DNA of 63,894 nt, counting the filler, from Squatina squatina (Eukaryota), in assembly GCA_031763465.1 (NCBI GenBank). It is 4 parts of 4 records of this genome, joined end to end, with 100 filler letters (N's around TTAATTAATTAA, not from the genome) between each part and the next. Parts side by side here need not be neighbours in the genome. Positions count along the whole stretch, not along the records: positions 34,629 to 50,131 come from JARFOE010000057.1; positions 50,232 to 63,894 come from JARFOE010000056.1; 2 more parts are not named here. One strand, written 5' to 3'. The translations under genes were made by a program, and so were the position numbers. Every line of letters begins with the position of its first letter. The first letter of the stretch is position 1. Positions 48,364 through 58,423 of this stretch are shown here, one piece after another. The notes beneath the pieces were generated by a model. It was not told the DNA's origin. It saw only the letters and a program-made list of their open reading frames with translations, and ran no database searches.

Positions 48364-49000
48364 CTTTGTAAAAATAAGGTGTATTTTTGCATGTCAAAAT
48401 CAAACAGCAAAACTAACTCATGAAATCTAATTTCCAAAAAAGTATCCACCAGATCGCTTCAGTCATTCTTAGCTATTTGGATTATATGGAAAATTTGCAA
48501 ACTAAGGTTCCTTTAAAACTATTTTATATTTTCACAGAGCAGGTAAATGTTGATCATTTTTGTAGAACAATCCATCATCCAGCTTTCATTTGTGATCTTT
48601 TACTAAATAAATGTGTTTTGCTTGGAGCTTTCATCAAGGACATTTTTTGCCACAGCGACAGAACTGATCTAATTTCTGCCATGCTGATTTACTTAATAAA
48701 TAGAAAAGACTGTTGCACAACGGGAAAATATTTGGTGATTTTCGCTGAGGATTCACCTGCTCATAACTAGAGCGGCGGAGCTGTGGAAACCCTGGAAAAA
48801 TGATGCTATTTCCCCGGGATAACCATCGAAGTTACACTAGACAAAGCAAAGGAATTCCCAGGGAAATTCACCCTCAAAAACATGCTAATAAGTCACTTAT
48901 AACATGTGTGGTCTCTTTCAAAATAACGTCACCACTGTTTACTGATACTGCATTTCTTTGTATGAAGAGTTCTGTTTGAACTGTTTCCATGTAATCTTAC

Positions 49001-49081
49001 CAGGTTCAGAAACAAGCCTCTCTCAGGAGCTGCTATTCCAACTGCAATGCAGCAGGCCAGGTAGACCAGTGTGAGCTTCAT
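49001..49081 (-). CDS. CLPS: Colipase exon 1 (signal peptide + propeptide)
   Basis: MKLTLVYLACCIAVGIA-APER-GLFLNL|GTAAGA; spliced product is 119 aa with 10 Cys in the mature part. Confidence 0.93.
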
Positions 49082-49133
49082 TTTGCACAGTGCTGGACAA
49101 TTGCAAATGTAATGAGGGAATTTCAATTCTTCC

Positions 49134-49178
49134 TTTTATAGCAATTCAATAAGTCACATGTGCAAGTTAATCATTAAA
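49134..49178 (-). promoter_or_regulatory. CLPS core promoter: TATA box, E-box and HNF1-like site
   Basis: TATAAAA (49140-49134, minus), CACATGTG (49155-49162), GTTAATCATTAAA (49166-49178; 12/13 to GTTAATNATTAAC). Confidence 0.6.
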
Positions 49179-50131
49179 TTTGACCTTTTTAATCACTTTG
49201 CAATTATTGCAAAATATGATTAATTATTATTACTGCTCTGGGACGTCTGCAGATGTAGTTTATGTAAGCTATTAATCAGTGTTAACTGTTCTCCTTGGCT
49301 ATTTTTTTTCTGTTTTCTCTTATTTCAAACAGATGTCCTGTAAAACTTTGCTCACTTACTATATTTACCTTTCGCACTACAGTAGTTTGGATTTACCAGA
49401 TATAGCCCTGAAACACAGTTCATGTGCTATTTCTAGCCCTAACATTCTTAGACACACAAAAGCAAACAACTTAGCAATCATGGCTGATATAATTTTCATG
49501 GTAATCTACAAATTGGTTGCATTCTTTTTTATTAGATTACAAATTTAGGCCACTGACTGGGACAGTAGGTAAGGGCACAGGCTGGATAGAATGGGCATAA
49601 GCCTGATGGGGCAAATGACCTTTTTCTGTGCTTTAATTTTTATAATCTCAGTTATGGGTGGTTACAATTCACCTCAGTGTCCTTTGGGCCAGAAAAGAGA
49701 AAACTAATCAGCCAGGGATCCTGTCAGTGATTGCTATCCAATGATCCTTGCTAGAAAGTATGCATGTAGGAATATCAGGAGATGGCAGGATCAGTTCTGC
49801 ACTGATCCCCTCCATGGCCTGTTGGTGATCATTGTCCAGGCTCGAAGATAAACGCCACAAGGCAATGAAGAGCCAGCAGTGGCCACTGAAACTATGTCCA
49901 ACATTAGCTAACATGTGCAAATTACCATCAAACCGTGGATTGGCAAAGGAATGTGTAGAGATACAGAATGGCTTTGGCCAAAGACGACAGTATCCAGCGT
50001 TAACTTGTTCCTACCTCTACATATTAAAAAATGAATCATGATGATAAACTATAGAAAAGCAAAATACTGTGGATGCTGGAATCTGAAATAAAAACAGAAA
50101 ATGCTGGAAATACTCAGCAGGTCAGGCAGCA

Positions 50132-50231
50132 NNNNNNNNNNNNNNNNNNNNNNNNNNNNNNNNNNNNNNNNNNNNTTAATTAATTAANNNNNNNNNNNNN
50201 NNNNNNNNNNNNNNNNNNNNNNNNNNNNNNN
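50132..50231. other. Artificial scaffold linker
   Basis: 44 N + TTAATTAATTAA (50176-50187) + 44 N. Confidence 0.95.
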
Positions 50232-51894
50232 GTCACATGGGGTTTATCGGGCGACAAACAAGTTTTTAAAAAGCCGACGAGTTGATTTACTCAGTGAAAG
50301 GACAATGAAAGAACAAATGGTCGTGAAAAGTGAAAAGGTGCTGCCAGCATTTTCTACTTTTTACAGTTTTCCTTTCATGTTCCTTGTATGCTTGCTTTTT
50401 CTGTGTGCCTCCCTCCCTGCCATGACTTTTCACCACTTTACAAGCATTTTAAAAGCCATCTTGTGTACAAACCCGATATATCGAGCAAATTAAAAAGTAA
50501 AATTTATAACCTGCTTCTGACAAGGTCCAGCCCATTCAGTCTGGCATCAATAATCAGAAAGGCAATGGAATCAATAACTAGTCACAAATCTTTATGAAAA
50601 GAACCTAATAAATGGCAGTCAACATAGTCAGAGCTGTGACCATGAATGATGTTTATAAACAAGCTGTCAATCTATATTGGTTTATGTTTGGGGGGGAAAA
50701 AATCATGAAATTTTTTGCTGCTTCTGTTTAAAGTCATTAAGTAAAATGGGGGTTGGGGGGGATTACAAGAACATTAATGTACTCGAATGCCTGTAAATTT
50801 GACTGTTCATTTTGTTGCCTTTTTGTGTCTGCAGATGTTCCACTTACAGTATCTCAGGTTACTAGACAGTTTCTACAGTACCTCAGTTTTTTTTTAGAGC
50901 TTTTTAAAGATCATAACGTCCTAAGGAGATACCATTGTCTATAGTCCTTCTTTAGGGACAGGAATTGGTGTAAATGTTTTTGTTCGATAGGCAAAGCGCT
51001 AGTCTTTGGTGGTCCTTGTTGGGCATCTGATTGTTTTCAGTATCCGTTTCAAATCAGATGTTTTTTCCCCTCCGTCTTTGGTACTGGCTTTATTGGAGAC
51101 CAAACATTTTGGCTTCAACATTTTGTAAACTGAGAAGTATCCTGAACTTATACAGCATGTGTTTCTTATGGTTTCCTTTGAGACTATATAATGAATTTAT
51201 ACAACAGCAATTTGTTAGTGTAAAGTTGGGGCAAGTTACAATGCTTTGTCAGTGAAAACCGTTTGAGGGATAATTGGTCCAAAAATGACACCTCTTTGAC
51301 CAAAGTTAAGCAAATGGTTGGATAGCTCGTAATGCAGTAGTTGTATGTTTAATGGTAACATTCTCCAACTATTTAAACGCAAAGCTTCAATTAATTGCTC
51401 TGAAATGGCAACCATACAGAATGAATTTCTGTAACTCTGACTTGTGTATCTGAAACTCGAGGAAATAAATGTTGGTCCTTTTGAACTGTGCTGTTGGCTT
51501 TCGGAAATGCTGAGCATGTTTACAAATCCACTGTGTAGTATTTTCATTGGAAGCTACACGCCTAATGTGTTGAGTACAGATGACTGGGTGTGCTATTTTG
51601 TAGGTGAAGTTTTTATTGAACAAGCTTTTCATTGGTAAATGCACCCACCCAGTGTGGAACTGAGCCATACAGACCAGCAAGGAACAGTCAGGCTGCTAAA
51701 ATTGACCCCATTACCTTCGGCAGAAAAAGCTTCACCAATGCTCCTGCTCCTGATTCCTGCTGTTACCCCTGCTAGGAAGCGCATCATGTACCATNNNNNN
51801 NNNNNNNNNNNNNNNNNNNNNNNNNNNNNNNNNNNNNNNNNNNNNNNNNNNNNNNNNNNNNNNNNNNNNNNNNNNNNNNNNNNNNNNNNNNNNN

Positions 51895-53200
51895 CACTCA
51901 CACACAGTCCAATCTGATTCCCAATCCACGTCCTCAATCGCACAGAGTCCAATCCCATTCCCACTCCGTGTCTGAACTCACACATAGTCCAATCCCATTC
52001 CCACTCAATTTCCACATTCACACTCAGCCCAATTCCAATCCCACTCCAGGTCTTCAATGACGTACGATCCAATCCGATTCCTACACCATGTCTGCACTCA
52101 CACACAGTCCAGAACCATTCACATTCCATATCTGCACTCACACACAGTGCAATCTGATTCCCTCTCCACATCCTCACTCGCAGAGTCCAATTCCATTCCC
52201 AATCCATGTTTTCACTCACACACAGTCCAATCCCAGTCCTACTCAATGTCTGCATCAAACACTGTCCAATTCCATTCGCAATCCATGTCTTCACTCGCAC
52301 ACAGCCAAACCTATTCCTTCTCCATGTCCACATCTCACGCACGGTCCATTCCTATTCGGACTCCTTGTCTTCACTCACACGCAGTCCATTTCCATTCGCA
52401 CTCCATGCCTTCATTCACACACAGTCCAATCCCATTCCCACTTATTGTCCACACTCACACAGTCCAATGCCATTCACACTCCATATCTGCAATCTCAAAC
52501 ACAGTCCTATCTCATTCCCACGCCTATCTTCACTCACACACAGTCCAATCCCATTCCTACTCCATGTCTTCGCTCACACACAGTCCAATCCCATTCCGAA
52601 TCTTGGTCTTCACTCACACACACTCAAATCTGATTCCCACTCCACGTCCTCAATCGCACAGAGTCCAATCCCATTCCCACTCCATGCCTTCACATGCACA
52701 CAGTGCAATCTGATTCCCTCTCCAATTCCTCACTCGCAGAGTCCAATTCCATTCCCAATCCATGTCTTCAGTCAGATATAGACCAATCCCATTCCCATTC
52801 CATGTCTTAACTCACACACAGTCCTATCCCACTCCCACTCCATGTTTTCACTCACACACAGTCCAATCCCATTCACAGTGCATGTCTGCAATCTCACACA
52901 CAGTCTAATCCCATTCCCACTCCATATCATCACCCTCACACAGTCCAATCCCAATCCCACTCCATGTCTTCACTCACTCATAGTCCAATCCCATTCTCAC
53001 TCCATGCCTTCATTCACACACAGTCCAATCCCTTTCCCACTCTACGTCCTCACTCGCAGAGTCCAATCCCATTCCCACTCCAGGTCTTCACTCACACACT
53101 GTCCAATCCCATTCCCAATCCATGTCTTCACTCACAGCCGAACCTATTCCTTCTCCATGTCCACACTCACGCACAGTCCATTGCCATTCCCACTTCGACA
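51895..53200. repeat. 40-bp minisatellite, ~32 copies, in BYSL 3' region
   Basis: Consensus CACACAGTCCAATCCCATTCCCACTCCATGTCTTCACTCA. Confidence 0.92.
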
Positions 53201-53515
53201 TCCCTCGATTTGGAGTTGACCAGTTCACGCCTGATCTCAGGTGAAATATGTGGGTGGCAGTGGATCCTCAGCAGTTCCAGTAACGACTCCTTCTGTTCCG
53301 AGGACAGGTCCTCCTTATACCGCTGGGCAAAGGTAAGCAGACACTGGTACCACAGTACTGGCAGGTTTCGTTTATCAGTCCTGAACTGCAGGAAGTGAAA
53401 AACCAGAGCGTCGATAACTCGGAAGGGAAGCGCATACTTCTTGTCGATCATCAGTCGAAGGAAGATGCTGTTTGCTCCATTATATTCCATTTCTGCAATC
53501 TTCAGCATTGCAGCA
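53167..53515 (-). CDS. BYSL: Bystin, last exon
   Basis: [77 protein letters not shown]; acceptor ttaatag|. Confidence 0.95.
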
Positions 53516-54437
53516 CTATTAACAGAAGATAACAGTGTGGTAAAGAGATACGGATACCATCAAACTGCACATTATTAAGTGTATGCATACCTGCACCATA
53601 GGAACCATCTGAGTCACCACTGAAACTTACAATGATTGTTTAATTAATTTAAAGAATACCCACCCATATCTGAATTTGTATTTTTACACATGGATCATTT
53701 TGGAACCAAGATACAAATTGCATTTCATCAACTGTTTGTCTCCCTCCACAAAAATATAATTTAAGAACGGAAATTGTTGACTGTTTACTATCAGTGCCAG
53801 CTGTGGCTNNNNNNNNNNNNNNNNNNNNNNNNNNNNNNNNNNNNNNNNNNNNNNNNNNNNNNNNNNNNNNNNNNNNNNNNNNNNNNNNNNNNNNNNNNNN
53901 NNNNNNNNCATCGACCCGAAACGTTGACTCTGTTTTTCTCTCCACAGATGCTGCCTGACCTGGAGTTTTTCCAGCATTTTTTGTTTGTACTCCAAAGTAC
54001 TTCATTGGCTGTGATGGTCGTGAGAGGCGCTATATAAATGCAAGTCTTTCTTTCTTATTCTAAAACACATAATTGGGTGGAGAGAGAGAGAAGACAGAGG
54101 ACAAACTGCTTTAGTCACTGTGGGCAGCAACAACTTGCATTCATACAGCACCTTTAACAGAGAAAAAAAGTTGATCCAAGGCACTTCACAGAGATGTCAT
54201 CAAAAACAAGATGACACTGGAGAAGATGTGAGGAGGGTTGACCAAAAGTGTAAACAATACACAGGGTAATAGTGTCACATTTTCAAAAAAGGAGTAAGAA
54301 CCTGCATTTAACTAATGCCTTTAATGTAGATAAATGTCCCGCAGTGTTTCACACATGGATCACCAAATGAACATTTTTAGGTATAACATTCCTGCCCTCC
54401 CCTGCACTTAGAAAGCACCACACAAACCAATAATTAC

Positions 54438-54540
54438 CTGGTATGCAGAACTGGGATAGAGCATTTAGTCAGAATGCTGCCAATAATGATAGCTTCTCTT
54501 AGTGTGCACGTACCAGATTCACACAAAGGAAGTAGAATAC
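54438..54540 (-). CDS. BYSL: Bystin internal exon
   Basis: [34 protein letters not shown]; AG/GT boundaries, phases match neighbours. Confidence 0.95.
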
Positions 54541-55496
54541 CTGGGGAATGGGGGAAAAAGAAAGTTCATAAAATTAAATATTGCAATTAAGCATCAATTC
54601 CTGCCTTTTCCTCGCACAATTCTATATTTATTCCCGTCTCTCTTGCAAAATGAAAGGTAGAAATTCACTTGTTGAGTCGGGATTGAATTGAGCTACTGGT
54701 ATTTTCTCCAAGTCGTTGTGTCCTGAGCAATCACCAGCATCAAACTCGCAAGGTACCGGTCCTTGTTATAGTCGCCTCTAGTTGTCATTTTTTTGTTGAC
54801 ACTAATCAAATAGAACAACAGGAACCACAAGAACAGCATNNNNNNNNNNGGGGGGTAAGAGGAAAGGCATTTATATAAATGCATAATGCTCTTAAATGAA
54901 CGTCTTAAAATGGGATGTCCTCCACAAATAATCTGCCAACACTCACTGCCCAGGCTCATGTGAAAAAATGGTCTTTGGATGAGATGACAAAGGGCTGATG
55001 GCATCCATGGAACCATAACCAAAGCAGTGCCAGTACCTTCAACACAGGAGAGGAAAACATGTGTGTTTTTAAAATATGAAGAGTCTTTCGCTGAAACCAT
55101 CGGCACTTCATCCTCTCATTCTACAGCTCAAAATGCTCTGCAATCACAACCCAAGTTCAGAAGGACAATCTACAACTTACGTTCTTCACGGTTCAAGTTA
55201 AGAAATATCACCCCTCCTGTGCCCCCAATTCCAATTTATTGAAGTCCCAATGCTAATCTGCATACACATCCAATGATTGGGAAAGAGTTCTACAAAACTA
55301 CAAATCAACCATACTCTGCTGATCGGTAGAGGCATGGAGACAAAAATTTCTAGGTATAATTTATCTACTGTTGCAACACATGGAGGTCAAATAGGTAGTA
55401 AAAGTTAGAGTTCATTTATTGATGAGCTAAAACAGAACTATATTTATCTCTCCATCAGTTTTCTCAATTGCCTTTACCCGAGGAAAGCCATCTTAC

Positions 55497-55657
55497 CTTT
55501 AAACCAAGCTCCAGGTTTGAAAAGTGCTTTTTTTAAGGCCATATAAAGGTGAAAGTTCAGGCGTTTGTACTCCGCAATATCATCTCTCACTCGAGGCAAA
55601 AGTACCAAATTATAGAATCGCTGTGCCATCCTTGCCTTCAGATTGGCAGAAAAAATC
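55497..55657 (-). CDS. BYSL: Bystin internal exon
   Basis: [53 protein letters not shown]; AG/GT boundaries. Confidence 0.95.
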
Positions 55658-55809
55658 CTATAGATTTGGCGGGGGAAGAGATTACACAAGCAGGGCATCA
55701 AGATTACACGTTGATTTCTTTGAAAAACAAAGACGGTGAAATCACCCTGAAGCCCTCTCCTACGTAAAGACACGACACAGCTCAGCAGACTGGTTTACAT
55801 CCTATCTAG

Positions 55810-56122
55810 ACCCATCTTTTATTTCTTATCTTGCCAATTACCAACTCCTTTTGTCTTGCACCATCTCTTAATGTCCGTTAATCTCTTCTGCCTTCCACCC
55901 TCTCACAGACCTTCCTTTCCTCCCCCTCTTCCACTTTCATTGCCTCTGCACTTGCTTAAAAACCTGCTACATTTCTAACTTTTTCCAGTTTTGACGAAGG
56001 GTCATCGACCTGAAACGTTAACTCTGTTTCTCTCCACAGCTGCTGACTATCTAACCTGCTTTGTTTTTCCAGCATTTTCTGTGTTTATTTCAGATTCCAG
56101 CATCTGCAGTATTTTGCTTTTG
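55810..56122 (+). mobile_element. Penelope-like terminal repeat with minimal hammerhead-like motif
   Basis: AGTT-TTGACGA-AGGGTCATCGACCT-GAAA-CGTT-AACT followed by TCCAGCATCTGCAGTATTTTGCTTTT; relatives at ~47345-47470, ~53909-53995, ~50055-50131 (-) and ~10285-10345 (-). Confidence 0.55.
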
Positions 56123-56199
56123 TAATAGATGTACTCTGATTGGCTGAATGTGACAAGTGGTAATCCCCAAGAAGCTAACTTCCCCACCCACTCATTTTA

Positions 56200-56716
56200 C
56201 AGGTACAAATAGTAATCAATAAGGCTAATGGAATGTTGGTCTTTATCTCAAGAGGGTTGGATTACAATGGAGAGGAAGTTATGCTTCAGTTATAGAGCGC
56301 ACTAGTCAGACCCCAACTGGAATATTACGTTCAGCTCTGGGCACTGTATCTCTGTAAGAATATTTGGCCTTAGCGCTGACTTACCAAAATGAAACAAGGG
56401 CTTAAAAGGTTAAATTATGAAGACAGGTTGCATAAACTTGGGTTTTCTTCCCATCAGTTTAGAAAGTTGAGAAGTGATTTATTTGAGGTGTTTAAAATGA
56501 TAAAAGGGTTTGATATAGATGATATAGAGATGCTATTTCCCCTGATGGGAGAATTCAGAACAAGTGGTCAAAATCTTAAAATTAGAGCTAGATCATTTAG
56601 GATTGAAATCAGGAAGCACATCTTCACACAAAGGGTAGTGGAAATCTCGAATTCTCACCCAGAAAAGGCTGTGGATGCTTTGTCAAGTGAAATTTTCAAG
56701 ACTGAGATAGACAGAT
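56200..56716 (+). mobile_element. CR1-type LINE ORF2 3' fragment in BYSL intron
   Basis: GLKRLNYEDRLHKLG..LRSDLFEVFKMIKGFD..FTQRVVEI. Confidence 0.88.
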
Positions 56717-57155
56717 NNNNNNNNNNNNNNNNNNNNNNNNNNNNNNNNNNNNNNNNNNNNNNNNNNNNNNNNNNNNNNNNNNNNNNNNNNNNNNNNNNNN
56801 NNNNNNNNNNNNNNNNCCCTCAGCAGAAGCAGTAAATAAATCCACAATGCAAGCTTTTTGTCAGTAGTAAACCTAACCAAAGAGCTCTTTCAAGTGGGTT
56901 CAACAGAAAACACTTGCATTTAAAAAGACTACACCATCTCTATGATCTTCTCTCAACAAAGCCTAATGGCTGAACTGCCCACTGTGAACTTCATTGGCTG
57001 TAAAGTGTTTTGTGACATCCGGTGGCCGTGAAAGGCGCTATATAAATGCAAATTTACATAAATGTGTTTCCCCACCCCCCATCCCCATCCCATACCTGCA
57101 AAAACAGAAAGGGCACTTTGGTTCCCAAAAGGCTACGAACATGCTGGCCTCTTAC

Positions 57156-57289
57156 CTCGTCGCCTGATACATGGCTGCTGCTGTCCAGGTCTCTGGTTCA
57201 GTGATGTACAAGATCTGCTCCCAGTTTGACAATGCTGGGATAATCTTAAAGGCTTTGGGGAGTTTCCCACTTCTATACTTGCACAATAC
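57156..57289 (-). CDS. BYSL: Bystin internal exon (most 5' exon visible)
   Basis: [45 protein letters not shown]; AG/GTAAG boundaries. Confidence 0.95.
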
Positions 57290-58169
57290 CTTTTGGGAAG
57301 CAAAATGCAAAAATTAACAAGCATGGCCACTGTTATATCCAGTGTGGCTTTCTTATTTCACTCCTGCTTAAAAAAAAAATTAAAAAGTGGGTTAATTTTA
57401 ACAAAATACATTTGCAGAAAAATTGAGTATATTCAAGAAGGAGTTAGATATAGTTCTTATTGCTAAAGGGATCAAGGGATATGGGGAGAAAGCAGAACAG
57501 GGTACTGACTTTGGATGATCNNNNNNNNNNNNNNNNNNNNNNNNNNNNNNNNNNNNNNNNNNNNNNNNNNNNNNNNNNNNNNNNNNNNNNNNNNNNNNNN
57601 NNNNNNNNNNNNNNNNNNNNCCATGATCATATTGAATGGTGGTGCAGGCTTGAAGGGCCGAATGGCCTACTCCTGCACCTATTTTCTATGTTTCTGTCGC
57701 TGAATCAACCAGAATTCTGATTTCCGTTTACTATCCATTGACTACTGGTGAAAAATATAGAGTGAGGATCGGTTGTGTTTGGGTGTGATTTCTTCCATGG
57801 TTGAATAGCCTACCAGCTCTTACTGTCTAGCTGCACATGTGAAGAATGGCTACTGGATTGAAGTACCAGCGGGTAATCAATGTCCATGGAACTTTAAGCC
57901 GGCATGAATTGAGTGCCTTCAAAAGAGGAAAGTTGGTTGGAGAAGGGGAAAGAGGGTTAGTTAATTACTGATGTAAATCTCCTGTTGAGCAAATTTAGAA
58001 ATCCAAAGTGTGTGTGTGTGATAATTTACTGCATCTTTGTTAGACAGCTGTAGCACCCAGCCTGAACTGAACGTGACCTCTGTGGGGCTGGAAGTACAAA
58101 GAGAGCTCAAATCTCTTCATGAGCCTTGTGCTCATTAGTTCTAATGAGATCCATCCTATTTTTCATTAG

Positions 58170-58423
58170 GGCAGCCGGCAAAGTTCATGTATGTTATGCA
58201 CAACACGGAATATCCTCTCAGCTGCTTTGCACTTTTCGAAAATGGCCCCTGCCTGGTGGCAGACACAAACTTTGACACACTCATGATCAAACTGAAGGGG
58301 TTTTTCCAGAATGCAAAGAGTAACAAGATAGAAAGCCGAGGACCTCGCTACCAATACGCTGACTTCCTAGTAAAGGTTGGGACAGTCACCATGGGACCCA
58401 GTGTACGTGGCATATCTGTTGAG
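58170..58423 (+). CDS. MED20: Mediator subunit 20, internal exon
   Basis: tttcattag| [85 protein letters not shown] |GTACGT. Confidence 0.93.

Noticed and set aside
51895-53200. CRISPR-like array (also 19085-19455)
   Set aside because: Head-to-tail degenerate units with no unique spacers, vertebrate context and no cas genes
51629-53219. His/Ser/Pro-rich or Trp-rich ORFs of 125-237 aa
   Set aside because: Translations of the 40-bp minisatellite, open in several frames with no gene structure
46843-58423. CLPS-BYSL-MED20 linkage mirroring human 6p21
   Set aside because: An artificial linker at 50132-50231 separates them, so linkage cannot be inferred from this window
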